Source: Eledone cirrhosa (taxonomy: Eukaryota). From it: DNA of 64,000 nt. The notes beneath the pieces were generated by a model, which saw only the letters and a list, made by a program, of their open reading frames with translations, ran no database searches and had not been told where the DNA came from. Of the stretch, positions 38,801 to 53,171 are shown piece after piece. The position numbers were made by a program, and so were the translations under genes. Location: NCBI GenBank assembly GCA_964016885.1, contig OZ024742.1:291338001-291402000 (forward strand), given 5' to 3'. Each line of letters begins with the position of its first letter. The stretch's first letter is position 1.

Positions 38801-39082
38801 TGAATGTAAGCAAAATGTAGATCCCAGGTTTGCCTGGGAGGTTAGTAGCTCCACTTGAATACTGACTCAGTCTATAAAATCCGTGTAACTTATGCTAGCA
38901 GAGAAAATAGATATTAAATAATTATTTATATATATACAGAGAGAGAAAGAGAGAGAGGGATGAGGAGAAAAAGATATAATGAAGAATGTGAAGGCATATA
39001 ATTGTGACATTTTTACAAGGAAGCGAAGGGGACTAAAATATAAACAAATATAAATATATAAAAACAATGAAGGCATACTTAC

Positions 39083-39259
39083 ATTGCGGTTTAGCAAGAC
39101 GGTAAAGTATTCAATCATACTCTCACCAAAGAAGAAGAAGTTGGACGTAAAGAGGAAATACCAACTAAGTGTTCGGAACAAAGGGAGATCATAAGATTTG
39201 TAGACAACATAGCCGATAGTGATGATCTCATGGAAGCACTTGATCTGGATGGCAAACAC
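39083..39259 (-). CDS. Cds: CDP-diacylglycerol synthase (phosphatidate cytidylyltransferase), first coding exon seen in window (177 bp)
   Basis: tgcag|GTG acceptor and AAT|gtaagt donor. Encodes VFAIQIKCFHEIITIGYVVYKSYDLPLFRTLSWYFLFTSNFFFFGESMIEYFTVLLNRN, matching the recalled CDS1/2 QIKCFHEIITIGY...YDLPWFRTLSWYFL segment. Confidence 0.96.
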
Positions 39260-39944
39260 CTGCAGTCGAAAGAAAAACACATCATTATCATCATGACTAT
39301 TATTAGTCATCACCAACATCACTGTTGTCATCCTCATGATTACCACTATCACCACTATCATCATCAACATCGCCATCATCATCCACCACCTCCATCTCTA
39401 CCACTAGCACAATCATCAACATCGCCATTACCATGAGCACCCAGTCTACTCTGGAAGGCGGTCAGGATAGTGACAACAAAAAACACCCAGTACACCCAGT
39501 AAAGTGGTCATATTGGTGACACGACAAAAAGCATCCTTATAAGTATATATACATGTGTGTGTGTGTGTGTATACACACACACACACACATATACTTTTTA
39601 AATGTCACTTTAGATCTAAAAAAAGCACATAAAGAAACCAAATGAAATCCTATTTTATATCAATGTTAGATCCTGCCATTCCCAATAGTGTTAAAACAAT
39701 TTAGTCCTGATTATAGGTGAATTTCCAGCTACTGCCTTAGCAGAAATATCTTTGGTAAGGCAACATCCTATTACAGCGATGCTCTAGAGGCAAGTGGGTT
39801 TAAGGATAAAATTAGCCACAACTCCAGCTCCAAAATACTGAAAAGAAATAGGTGTTGAAGCACTATCTGGTTCACACCACTTTTCTCATTAAACATCAAA
39901 ACCAATATTGATAATCACATATACAATAAATTATTTAATAGACA

Positions 39945-41457
39945 CTAGCAGAGGAACCCGGCATTGCTCGGATATTAAATAGCAGTTATGTATACCATTT
40001 ATGTCAATACTTCAGTGCTCCTTCGAAAACTATACTTTTACAAAATCATCGTCTTTTTCCAAAAGGGGGTTCATGCCCCCAGGGGTCCCCTACCCAATAT
40101 GTGCCAATTCTGAGAGTTAACATTCATCTGTAGAACAAACGTAGCCCATGTGTCTAGTTTTGTGAAAATCGGTTACGAGCTCCAGAAGTTATGACGTTTT
40201 GTTGTATTGCACTGCAGTGCTTCAGTCGACTCCAAGGAAGTGGTTAAAGGGAGGCCTTATAATCAATATCTGGAAAAATGAAAGTGCCCATGACCATCCA
40301 GAGTACATAAGTAACCTATGACTTAAGTTTGGTGAAAATACTGTAGAAATGCATAAGGTTTACACACGTGCACGTGTGTGTGCGTATGTATGTGTATGTC
40401 CGTTGGCGCATATGTATGTACTGGCCTAAATCTTCACTATTTACTTTTACTATTTTAAGGCAAAGTTAAAATCCCGTCGAGGTTAACTTTGTCTTTCATC
40501 CTTACGGGGTCGATAAAATAAAGTACCAGTAATGTACTGGGTAATTGCTGGCCTTGTGCCAAAAATAGAAACAACTATTTTAATAACCTCTGTTATTTTT
40601 GTTTACAATTTTATTTACATCATTCTTAAACGCCAGGGCTGGAAATCATTCGGTTATTTTAAATAAAATATTAGTCTAACCACTCCATTTATACCATAAA
40701 CTTGGTCTCGTCTTTGCATGAAATTGTTCTTCTTGGTCCACATAACAACGTATTATCCTCGCTTTTTTTCAGTTCATTACCAGGGAATGTCTTCACGAAC
40801 CAAAATATCGTCTTCCTGTTTTCCTTCGGCTGCAACGTTTCTCGAAATATTTAATTCTGCGTTCACAGATTGAATTTTTTAGTTTCAGAAGACCCCGTTA
40901 ATGTTGAAAGCAGCGATTCTTTGCATAAACTTTCTTTCTTTCTCAACCCCCACCACTCTCTCACTCATACCCCCTCTCTCTCTTCCTCTACAGAATGGAG
41001 AACAATAAAGAACGCGCAGATCTCTCTCTCTCTGTCTTTATATATATGTGTGTGTGTGTGTGTGTGAACCAGCGATCGTCGCCATTCTCTCTCTCTCTGA
41101 TTATCTTGTATCTCTCTCTCTCCACATCTCCCTTTCTCTCTTTAGATGTATATGTATATGTGTGTGTGTGATATATATAGAGAGAGTTGCAACATGTATG
41201 TAGTTTCATAGATTTTTGAGGGTAGTAGTGAGAGTGAATAAGCGTGTAAGAGAGAGAGAGGGTTACAGCATGTATTTAGTTTTATCGATTTTTTTCATAG
41301 AAGCATTTTTGGCAAAGTTTATTACGTGGTGACCATCCTTGGTAAATTTGGAGCACATTGGAAAAGAAATCATCAAAATCGGTAGAGAAATGTGGAAATG
41401 CATAAAAAATCATACACCACACAGACAGACATCTTCCGTTTTATATATATATAGAGA
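39945..41457 (-). mobile_element. non-autonomous Helitron-like element (possibly composite)
   Basis: Minus-strand 5' end A|TCTCTATATATATAAAA...tgtctgtctgt...accgattttgatga and 3' end ccgagcaatgccgggttcctctgCTAG|T; nested SINE at 40457-40580. Confidence 0.75.
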
Positions 41458-41539
41458 TAACCTAATATTAGCTTTAGTTCCACACCTAACTTTAAAACCA
41501 TAATCACTACTAAACCTACACTATCTAATGTTGCTGGGT

Positions 41540-41945
41540 ACACATGCAGAAACAGGGATATATGCCTGCTGGACTGGACCTTTAAAATAGAGGCTACAAT
41601 CTATGTATGAAGCAACAGTCAAGTCAACCAACCTCAACTGTATCACCAACTTCAAGTGATATATTGGGCTTACAGAATGGTCATTCAAAAAGTGGTATAA
41701 TAACCATACAACATCGTTGAATTACCAAGATTAAAAAAAAATCAGAAAACTCTCCAGTGACATTTGGAAATTGAAAGAAAGCTCAGTTGACTATAACATT
41801 ATCTGGTGGATATCAGGAAATAACCAAGAAATGCAGCCTCTGCAATGAAGAAAAGTGGATAATTCATCCAAATTCCTGCTTGAACATCAGAAGTGAAACA
41901 TGCAAAACCAGCCTGCATGGCTCAAAATTCATCCTGTGTTTCGGG
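41540..41945 (+). mobile_element. Penelope-like element GIY-YIG endonuclease remnant
   Basis: Broken frames give YEATV, YIGLTEWSFKKWYNNHTTS, LSSDIWKLKE, KKCSLCNEEK and LNIRSE, the usual order in a Penelope-like C-terminus. Confidence 0.8.
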
Positions 41946-42598
41946 TTGCCACAAGAAGAGAGGACTATAGTATGCTAAGAGCATCTCACCTATTATGCAC
42001 CTGATTATTGTATCAACACATACTGCAGGGCTAGACAGCCCTCCCTACAGGGCCCCCTGCCAGTCAGAAAGATATAATGAACAATATGTTAGATATTGGA
42101 AACTTTTTTCATAAACCCAATGCTGCCTTTACACAAATGAAATATGAAAAATTCTTAAATGCCTGACGCCCCCACCAAAAAAAAACAAAAAAAATTCAGC
42201 TTCTAACTAATCAGTTGATGTATACATGTGTGTATGTGTGTGTATATATATATATATATATACATACATACATATATATACATACATACATATATATATT
42301 TCTTCTATTTTCTCTCCTAACCACTAACTTCCCCACTTTTATTGGTAAAGCCGTGACTACCCTTATACCAAAAAATACTATCTTTGACATTCCAACTAAC
42401 CAGCTGATGTATATATGTGTATGTATGTATACATGTATGTATGTATGCATGTGGGTTGTGTATAGTTATATATGCAAAATTTCTTGTTCTTTCACCCCCA
42501 ACCCACATTACTAACCAGGTCACAGGGATAAAGCCCCAGCCACTTAATTGATGTTATATGTGTGTATGTATGCAGTGTGTGTATCATGTATGCATATA

Positions 42599-44058
42599 TC
42601 ATCATCATCATCATCATCGTTTAACGTCCATGTTCCACGCTTGCATGGGTTTGGACGGGAGTTTTCCCACTTGAGGCAAGAGTGGTTGTCTTGCTCGCAT
42701 AGGACTGTCTGGCGGGTTTTCTACAGCTGGATGCCCTTCCTAACACCAACCACATTTACAGTGTGCGACTGGGAGGTTTTTACCGTGTTGCCTACACGGC
42801 CACATTACAGCGTGGACTGTGTGTTTTTTTTGTTGTGACACCTACACGATCTCATTTGTTTCGGCCTGGATGTTGTGGCACCAACATAACTTTACATTGA
42901 AAGGGGCGGTGTGGATGGGACGGGGGTGTATTTTGTTAGAGATGCCTACTGACTGTAGTAGGTTTTACTTTGTATTTAGGTAAGGCGGGTCTTCTCTATT
43001 ACTGAGTACCGCCAAAGATCTCGGTCCAGTGACATTGTCTTGGAGAGGTGTAAGTGTGTGAGGTCGGAATTTATCAGGTCGTCCCATGTTTTTCTGGGTC
43101 TGCCTACTCCGTGGCTACCGACTATCTTTATTGCCCTGCCCTTTTTTATACAGCTGTCGTCTTTCATGCGCATCATGTGACCATACCAACGTAGCCTTCT
43201 CTCGAGTAAACAACATCTGATCCCTCTTATTTCTAATTTTTCCCTTAGTTCGTTTATGCTTTGCCGTTCGCGTATATTACTATTACACATCCAGCGGAGC
43301 ATGCAAACTTCGTTCCTCTCTAGTCTGCGTATATCCTCTGCACACAATGCCCAGGTCTCACTGCCATGCAACATTGCTGTTCGTATGCAGGCATCATACA
43401 GCCTGCCTTTCATTTTTAGGGAGAACCCTTTAGCGGCTAATAGTGGTATAAGCTCTCTGAACTTTTTCCATCCAGTTCTGACTCTAGCTACTGTACTTTC
43501 AGAGCACCCTCCCCTACTGCTGATTTTGTCACCCAGGTAACGGAAGCTGTCCACTATTTCTATAGAACCCTCTGCGCAATTGAAAGAGCTAGTATTTTGT
43601 GGGCACTTGCTGCTACTTATTGCACCAGAGCACCAGTTAATGATGATGCTGCTACGCCAGTCCTTCGGAACAACCCCATTCTGTATGACTTGGTTTACTA
43701 TCCGAGTGACCATGGTGTGTTCCACCGTTCCAGAGGCTTTCAGCATCTCAGCAACTAATTCCGAAGGCCCAGCCGCCTTACCCGTCTTCATATCTTTGAT
43801 TGCCTTACTTATTATACTACCTTCGACTAACACTGCTGGTCCCTCTATTGGGTCGATGTGGGGGAGACTGTCTTTCTCCCATTTATTCTCCTCATTTAGT
43901 AGCCTTTCGTAGTGACACTTCCAAGCTACCTTCTTATCAGCGTCAATGATGGCAAGTACACCATCATCATTAAGTACACACTTCTCTCCGACAATATCAC
44001 GGTTTTCCTTGACACATTGCCTAGCAATCCTGAACACCTCACGTTTTTGGTCCTCATA
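42599..44058 (-). mobile_element. RTE LINE family A with 804-bp in-frame internal deletion
   Basis: Colinear with 55660-58067 except that 56082-56885 is missing (junction SSIIIN-W-CSGAISS). Confidence 0.93.
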
Positions 44059-45118
44059 TATATACAATTAACTTTTATTATACTCTCCCTCCCATACCCC
44101 TTGCTATAGCGGTAAACCCCAAACTGGCCAGCTCACTTATATACATTATATTGGTTTTGAGAAGGGGCATTACTCTCCCTATTATAACAGCATAGAGTAA
44201 TTTCCCTTAAAACTTAAAAAAAAAAATCTTTTAAAATATAAGCACTGAAAATAACTAGCATTTTGTAAATGTCCACATTCAAAACTGGTGAGCAGACAAA
44301 ACATGGTGCATATACAAGTTCTGATAAGTGAGAATATGTATCCTTGCCTAGGAAACTTGCAGTTTTTTTATAAGCATGAGACCAACACCATGTATATTAT
44401 ACATCACCATCATTGCTTTAAATAAAAAAATGATGATGATGATATATATGTGTGTGTGTGATGTTGACAGAAGAAAGAATACCCAATACTGATGTAGAGT
44501 TTAATAATGTTCTTTATTGTGACTAAAGAGATGAGTCATGTTACTCAGGATCACCAAATAAGACCTTCTCTGGTGATCCTGTGACTATACAGGAGAAACT
44601 CCAGAGTAACAAGACTCATAATTCTATATGAGAACCAGTAAAGTGGTTGGTGATAGGAAGGGTATCCTGCTGCAGTAACCATGCCAAAACTGGACTGAGA
44701 GAGCTCTTCAGTTATGTCAATGGCACATCATCTCTAGTGTTGGGGACAATGATAAATGCATGCATTGCACTCCATAGTGTGCAGGAATGAATGTAAGCCT
44801 ATCTTAGATGTCAGTGGTTCCAAATAAGCTAGCATGGAAAACAGACATTAAATGATGATGAACTATATGTTAGGTTGCTATATTAGTAACAAATTAATAA
44901 TTTTAGTAAATTCCTCAAAGTTCTTTATTATTTAATTGAAGAAGTGTATTTCAACAAAAATATGCCCATGAAAGGGTTAATACTTCTTTTATATATACAA
45001 TGTCTTTGCTTTTTGATATTAACGACATTAACAACAACAAAAAACAGAAGTTAATTTCCTAACCCATAGTGAATGCAACATATTAAATATTTCACCATGC
45101 TATATTATCACTGAATAG

Positions 45119-45240
45119 CCCCGTGAGCTGGAATGGCTCTTTGAGCGCGTCTCCCTCACCATCTTCCGGGGAAATGCCTTCGCTATTCTGTCCGTTGGGG
45201 CTGTGGGGTGGCCAGCGCGTGGGTCCCCATCACTCATAAT
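45119..45240 (+). mobile_element. 3' remnant of a CRE-like (restriction-like endonuclease) non-LTR retrotransposon
   Basis: PRELEWLFERVSLTIFRGNAFAILS resembles the recalled PRE..FL.QR.S.AIQRGNA..I C-terminus; local GC-rich island. Confidence 0.6.
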
Positions 45241-45596
45241 AGTGAGAGATGAGGAGAGTGGGAGAGATAGAGGCATTAACTTCAAAGAATATTCTCCACA
45301 CAAACAAATCAGCAGGAAAAGAATTAATGAATAAATTGAACTGGTGTTTTGTTATTATTTAAAGCTAATCTAAGTGGAAACTGAATAAATAGTAAAAAGT
45401 TGTTTAACAGAAGAAAACAGTTAATTGCACTGAAGCATAGTTAAATAAATGATGATTTTTAAATTAACAAATTTTAGTTCAATAAAAAAAAACTACCACT
45501 GAAGAATTTAGTAACATTCTCATTAGTATTTGGAACCTAACTTAAAGGTTCTTACATAAGATTATGATGGGAGGTTTGTAGATAACATAAATACTT

Positions 45597-45815
45597 TAAC
45601 CCTTTTATTACTACATATCTAATGAAAAACATTGTCTATATTTCAAAAATACGCAAACATTTCGAAGGAATTAAGTAGTAACTAATTTTCTCATTGTTAA
45701 GCTGATGTTTGGAACATAAGGTTCTTACATAAAATTATGATGTGATAGTTAAACAAACAGTTTTGTATCATAGAAGCAGGGAGGTTTCAGGTGGTTTGGT
45801 ATCTAAATGGTTAAG
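45597..45815. mobile_element. TTAA-flanked MITE family; relatives at 51380-51770, 63219-63472, 29700-29920, 50040-50653
   Basis: ttaaccct... start; shared gtttggaacataaggttcttacataaaattatgatg and ttttgtatcatagaagcaggg; ...ggttaa end. Confidence 0.55.
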
Positions 45816-46527
45816 CTAAGTTATGATCAGTCATATCATTAAAGAGCTCACATTGAAATTAATATCTTTGGATAAAATCTCATTCTTACAAGATAACATA
45901 AGGTAAATGTTTGTCCATATTTATATTAAAATCTCAACTGGAATATTGCAAATAATTTCGAGAGATTTTTGGAAGTAAACATTGGTCTTTAATTAAGTTC
46001 TGTGGGTTCCAAACACCAATTTAATATTCCAGAAAATAATGAAATATTGAGAAGAGTCACTCTCAGTCAAACTGACAGAAACGGTAACTAAATCTTATTC
46101 AAATCACTTCATCTTAAGAAAGAATATTTGAAGATGCATTGACATCATCACCACCATCATCATAATTTTATGCCCACCTTTTTGGTACAGATATAATAAT
46201 TGTTTCTACGTTTGGCACAAGGCCAGCAATTACCCAGCGCATTACTGGTACTTTATTTTATCGACCCCGTAAGGATGAAAGGCAAAGTTAACCTCGGCGG
46301 GATTTACAGATATAATAATAATAGTTATTAAATAGAGAGAGAGAGAGGGGGGAGGGGGATATATTGTTTCAACATTTTTTATTTATATATATATATATAT
46401 ATGCGAGAGCAGTGTAAGACAAGTACAGGTGCTGTTCATTAGGTCTCATTCATTGGTCCACATCGGTGGAAAAACTGACCCACCTCCTGCAAGTATGGAA
46501 AAGTAAATGTAAAAAGCATGATGATGT

Positions 46528-46910
46528 ATCATCATCATCATCATCACCGTTTTACGTCCGTTCTTCCATGCTAGCATGGGTTAGACGAGTTGTCCTGTTG
46601 TGGGCAGTGTCCAGTTGGCTGATCTTGTCTTGCTTATATGGGAACTGATTCTGGATTGATTTCTACAGCTGGGTGCCCTTCCTAACACCAACCTCTTTAC
46701 CGTGAGTGCTGGGTGCTTTTTTTCCGTGGCGCCTACATGTCCACTTTACAGTGTGGGCTGGGTTCTTTTTTGCTGTGGCACCTCCACAACCACTTTGCAG
46801 TGGGAGGGTGTGGGGGCATATTGTCTATATGCTTCAGCTTCGGCCTGTACCCGTGGGGGGTCGGGTCTTCTGTATTACTGCACGACACCAGAGGTCACGG
46901 TCGTGTGTCA
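46528..46910 (-). mobile_element. RTE LINE family B, 3' end
   Basis: Encodes MTHDRDLWCRAVIQKTRPPTG, followed by the 3'UTR and (GAT)n tail. Confidence 0.88.
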
Positions 46911-48276
46911 TATATATATGCCAAAATATGGAATGTAGAAGCAACACGAGGATTCTTGACATGCATAGTCTCAGACTAACCAATACATCTGTCAGGATCA
47001 AGCTAAGCTTGGCCTGGCTCAAGTGAGACAGAAACACATGGAGCGGAATACTAAGGAGCGCTATCAGGCAGGACCCACCCTTACTTAGGGATTAATTGTA
47101 TCCTGTATAATCAAAAACTGGATTATAATGATGATGATGGTAGATTCAGGCATGGCTGCATGGTTAAGTTTGCTTCATAACTCCATGGAGATAGGCAGTG
47201 GATTACTCTTGTTACGCATGCAAATACACATATCCACACACATATATGTGTACTCATTACAGTCTGTAAAGTGGTTGGTGTTAGAAACAATGCAAAGGGT
47301 TTAATGGACTCTCCTGTTATGCAATTACCAAAATACTTCTACAACAATGCAAAGTATGTAAATGAGACATGACTCTTGGTTAGTCTCGGAGGAACAGTAG
47401 CTCTTATTAAGTACTGATTTGGTCTGTAACAACACATCCAACCTATGCCAGTATTAATGGATGTAAAATGATGGTCATCATTGAAATTGAAGAGAAAATA
47501 GAAATCTAAAGATAGAAAAAGAGAAACTTAAACCAAACAAGTAAATGTATGTAATTTTCTAGGAGTTGCCCACTCTATAAAGATTTGCAATTTAATCAAA
47601 AATATATGAAGAACAGAATTATTTTGATTTCTCTTCTAAGGTGCTAACATAAAAGCATGTAAGTTCCATTTAACACAGAATGTATATATCTAACAAGAAT
47701 GGTGAGAATATTAACAGGAAGAGTTTGGAAACAGCAGCAAAACTTATTAAAAGGTAATGAGAACACATTTTAACACCTTTCTCCAAAATCTAATATAATT
47801 TCCAGCTAAGCTTTTATCGGTTGACCAGAGTAATGTAGGATGAAGCTAGAGAAGATTAACACAGTAATAACAGAAATATGTTTGCACTTTTATTAAAATG
47901 GTAATAAATCAAATTAGAACTTAAATGCTCTCTTTATACTTTTATTGGTTTCAACTATTAGGTTGTGGTTATGCTAGGGCACATCATTAAAAAGAATTTC
48001 AACCCCAGTGTTTTTTTTTTTTCAAATCTGGTATCTATTTCAGTTATTTTTTTTTTTTAAACTGCTAAATTACAAGATATAAATGCAGACCCATGCACTC
48101 ACAGGCTCATATATATGCCATCACCATAATCATTTTATGTACACTTTCTATGCTTACATGGCTTGGGCAGGTGGTCAGGGCCTAAGACTAGACAGGATAG
48201 AAAGGGAGGGAGGAACCATGTCATGCTCAAATGTTCCATTTTTGTCATGATTTCTACAGCTGAATGCCCTTTCTAA

Positions 48277-48329
<53 letters not shown>

Positions 48330-51300
48330 TAGAGTATGTGCTGATTGTTTACTGGCACTTCAGTATGCAGGTGGGTCTGTTTACTTCAGTGTAATATAAA
48401 AACGAGAAGTGTAAGTCAACATGTTAAAATTAACTTTGTTTATTCATATTCGCTGCAATGAGCTATGACCTCATCACGCAGCTAGAACTTGAACAGAAAA
48501 AACAGGAAAACAATATGGTGGAACAAAGTTTACTTCTGTTATTTCGTTGATATGCCCAGTTCTGAAGCATGGTGTTGTTTTCTCAAAAAACTGGTGGCAT
48601 ATGAATTAAGATGGACGAATTCAAGCATCCAAAGAATATCTTAACACACCTATATATACACACACACACATATATATATATGTGTATATATATATATCTA
48701 TATATAAAATACTGATTGCAGCACCAGGCGATTTCGGCTTGTGTCGGGATTTTACATATCTCTATACCCACTCTATATCTCCCCATGTATCGAGTACTCA
48801 CATGATTAGTGGTCTACTCCGCCTCAGCACCGCAGACTCTCTCTCTCTCTCTCTTTATACACACACACACACACACACATACATGATGCTAACCTACAGT
48901 TTCCATTTAGCAAGATGCCATGCAGTGGGAGTGAACCCGGAATCACATGCTTACAAAACAAACTTAACCACACAGCCATACCTGAGTCTATAAGCACTGA
49001 ACAAAGTGAACAGACAAAATATAGTGTAGAAAGTATGGGAAAGATGGACACAAGCACATATATGTACAAAAAAACACACAGGTGCAAATATGAACAAGTA
49101 CATGTACATAAACACATACCAAATATATACACATACAGATGCTTGCAGTGCCATACAATGATGAATAGACATCAATGAAATTAGCATGAATTTCGATATT
49201 ATATTCTCCTAAATTATCAGCTATTTGTAATAATTAGTCCATTATTGTAAAGTGGTCTACCTAGAGTGTGGAAGAATAAGTCACAGCTGTAGCTGTTGTT
49301 GTTTAGACAGAGAGAAATCCAGAAATCGATAAGTAATTAGATCAATTGATTGGTTTATTTTGTGTAGAGAAAACCACCATGTTGAAAGTCAGCCATGTTT
49401 CAGTCACTAACTTAACTTAATCACTAACTGCAACCAGATGTAGTATTTGGATGGGGTACTGGTGGGTGGGAATTGAACTAGTATGAGAAGCCCCCCAAAA
49501 AAACCCAAATGAAATGAGAATGAAATTTACAGCACACACTTATGTATGTGTGTGTGACAGCTCACACCTATGCAGGTTTAGCTGGCCTACTCCAAGGTAT
49601 ATCTCGTATATCACTTATGTGGATATGTAAATATGAAGCCTAAAATGAGGTTGCACCCCATAGGAGTTTTCTCAGGTGTTTTAATGATAAAAATACCAAG
49701 CTCAATATGAAGATTGAGTACAATTAAATGCTAAAAGTAAATACCTTGAGTCAATGCTCAGATTCCAACATATAGACACATCTCTATTCAACATTCCCCA
49801 GTCTACACTGTAAAGTGGTCGTGTTGGTGACAACAAAAACACAGCCCACACTGTAAAGTGGTCATGTAGGTGTCACAACAAATAACACCTAGTACACACT
49901 GTAAATGTGGTTGGCATTAGGAAGGTATCCAGCTGTAGAATCCAAGTCCCAAACAGTCCTACATTAGCAAGACACGGTCATGAGATGGCTTGTCTCACAA
50001 TGAGACAACTCGTCTAACCCATGCTAGTATGGAAAAATGGAAGTTAAACGGTGATGATAATGATGTCTCCAAATTCTGAAATACTTTCAAGTTGATTTGA
50101 AACAGACAAGCAGTGTCCTTCACTGGAAATATTGTAACGAAAGGGTTAATGAAAAAGTTATATTACTAAATCCCTCCAAATTCTTGATTATTATTTTCAA
50201 AATTATTTGAAAATCATAGACAGAATCTTTCATTTGAAATATGGTAATGAATGAGTTAAATTGTTTATATTTATCTAAAATCTTTTCATCATAATTTTAT
50301 ATAAGAACCTTTTAAGTTGTGCTCCAAACACCAGCTTAACCTTTAACAACCTGTACCTTATGAAACCACATTAATAATACCAAATTGCACTATGATTGCA
50401 TCACATTAGAAATTAAAGTCTTTAGTGCAAATTTTCACAACCTCATTAATAAAGATACTATAAACATTTTAATTTATAAACCAAATCCATATTTAGATAT
50501 TTTCTGCTTAATTATTACAGGATCAGGAGATTAAGAATTAATAATGTAAAAGTTATGTGTTATTAAATCCCTCCAAATGCTTTATCATTTTCAAATTTAT
50601 TTGAAATCTGTAGGCAGTATCTTTCATTGGAAATATGGTAATGAAAGGGTTAAGTGACTTCTAAAGCTGATCAAATATATCAATAATTATCCAGTCTACT
50701 TTGAGAAAGATGTCTTTTATAAGGAATAAGGAATGGTCTTTTCATAGTTTGGATCAATATAACCCAAGATCTGTGGCAACTTCAGGCAGGTTCTTATGTT
50801 CTTTGATGTTCTGCATTTCGGTGAAAGAAGGTGGCGAATGTCGAAAAGAATTTTTGACTTTCTCCTTTGAAGTTAAAAATTATTTCTCAGTTAAATTGAG
50901 GAGGTCATGAAGTAGATAATGTGTATCTGTGTGAGTATCTGTGTATGTATGTGTGTCTGTATGTTGGTGTGATAGTGTGTGCATGTAATGATAGTGATGT
51001 GGAGGGAAAGGAAGAGAGCTTAGTGGGGTGTACAGCCCCTTGACGAATTATAGGTAAAGTTAGAGAATGGAGTAGTGGGGGTTGAACTGAAGGGAGAGGG
51101 ACAGGAGGGAGAAGGACAGGAAGGGTAAGATAGAGAGAAAGGGAGTGAGATAGAGAAAGAAAGAGAAAATTGAGGTTATTTTTCTTAATTGACAAGACAA
51201 CAATGGCTGAGAGTATTTTTTACCATTTAGTAAGCGAGAGAAGGTCAGTGCCCATGACCCTTTAGCTTCTGTGACTAGCTGGAGGGAGGGAGAAAGTAAT

Positions 51301-52782
51301 CTTCAACATGGGGACATGGCCTGAATGCTTTCTAGCGGTATCCATGGACCAGTTGGTCATATTAAACTGGGTAACAGATTAACCCTTTCATTATTACATT
51401 TGTAATGAAACACACTGCCTATAATTTTCAAACATTGAAATATAACTAACTTTCATATTATTAAGTTAATGTTTGGAACATAAAGGTTCTTAAATAAAAT
51501 TATGATGGAAAGTTTTTAGATAAATCTAAATACTTTAAAATAAAGTTTTGTATCATAGAAGCAGGGTAGTTTAACCCTTTAGCATTTAAACCAGCTGTAA
51601 CCGGCTACTCATACTGATGTTAAGGTATTGTTCTTAAAATAAATAATATCAAAATCTCTTTGATTCGATATTATGTGAGATAAAGTGTTTACCATGAAAA
51701 TACAATAGTAAATAGAGTAATGCAAATGCTAAAAGGTTAAGATGGTTTTGTATACAAAAAAGGTTGTAAACCAACACAGAACACAAAGAGCCAGAAAAGA
51801 TACAAGGTATCTCATCCAATACTCTCTAACAACATTGGCTTGGTATTTTATTTTATCAACCTTGAAAGGTAAAGTTGATCTTGGTAGGATTTGAACTCAG
51901 AGAGCTGGAACAAAAACTGCAAGACATTTTGTCCTTTGATGTAAACAAGAGAGATGATTACATTGGTAGAGATATGCAATACATATGAATGATGACAGTC
52001 GGGTAACGAAGTACCAGGAGATCTGAGTGGAAGGAATCTGTGAAAAACCATGGATGTAGGCAGAAGTGCTGAAAGCTGATATCAAGATGCTAAGCCTCAG
52101 AAAGTAGATGACAAAGGAAGAGAGCAAAAGATAGGCTGCTGTACCATAGAATACTGCCTCAAAAAGTTTCATCCAACCCATTCCAATATGGAAAAACAGA
52201 CATAAAAATTATGATGATGATGATAAAGTTTTGCAGTTTTATGTTTGTTATAGGCAGAAATACAAAATGCTATTGCTTTAATTAAGTTTCCTCATTATCA
52301 CAAAGGCAAGAGTTAGTAGTTTTTAGGTTTTTTTTTCCCCAAATTCCAACCACCCTAGTCTGATTTTTGGAACTTATAGAAAGAAGGTGAATATTGAAAG
52401 TGTTTAATTTGTCAGGTTGCCAACCAAAATACTTCAGAAGTTCCACATCAGAATAATTAGGCAGAGTTTACCAACAAAAGCTTACTTATTTAGCTATATA
52501 ATGGAATATAAGTAACTAAAAGATAGTCAGTGATTAAATCTGTGATTCAAAAACATAAGGCTGTAGTCACTGAAATATTTCACAATTTACAATATCAATA
52601 AAGCTCTATATTTTGAAATAACAGAACTACAGAAGAGGGAAATAGCCTGCTATAACAATGAATACTTTTGTTAGATTTTATGCAAACATAATAGGAAATG
52701 TTTGAATAAAACAAGGTTTATCATAATTATTGTGATGAATGCTCCAATGTTTGTAAATTAGTTCAAAAGGAAAAAAACGAAC

Positions 52783-53171
52783 AAAAAATTTCATTCAGTA
52801 AAACTGTAAAACCATAATCTTATTGATTGGAGACACCTTAAGTAGTGCACAAGTATATATATATATATATATATTTAAAAGAATAGAGGTGTAACACACG
52901 AGTTGTGATATATTAGCAAAAGGAAAAGAAAATGCTGACAAATTTTTCCCAGTGAAAAATAGTTTAATTAGTAATAAGTATTGGTTAGTAATGCACAACC
53001 GGTAAAAACTTAAAACTAAAACTGAATACTAACCAATACTTATTACTAATTAAACTATTTTTCACTGGGAAAAATTTGTCAGCATTTTCTTTTCCTTTTA
53101 CTAATATATATATATATTAGTTGACTTGTGCACTACTTAAGGTGTTACAGTTTTACTGAATGAAATTTTTT
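52783..53171. repeat. foldback inverted repeat with asymmetric indels
   Basis: About 52909-52990 pairs with 53027-53108; outer arms aaaaaatttcattcagtaaaactgta and acaccttaagtagtgcacaagt are also mirrored. Confidence 0.85.

Noticed and set aside
38867-39436. 171-aa ORF and His-rich ORF as standalone genes
   Set aside because: Only 39083-39259 is bounded by splice sites and homologous to CDS; the rest is (CAT)n-like intronic low complexity.
50660-50910. Possible upstream Cds exon or other coding segment
   Set aside because: No similarity to the CDS N-terminus, and stops interrupt the frames examined.
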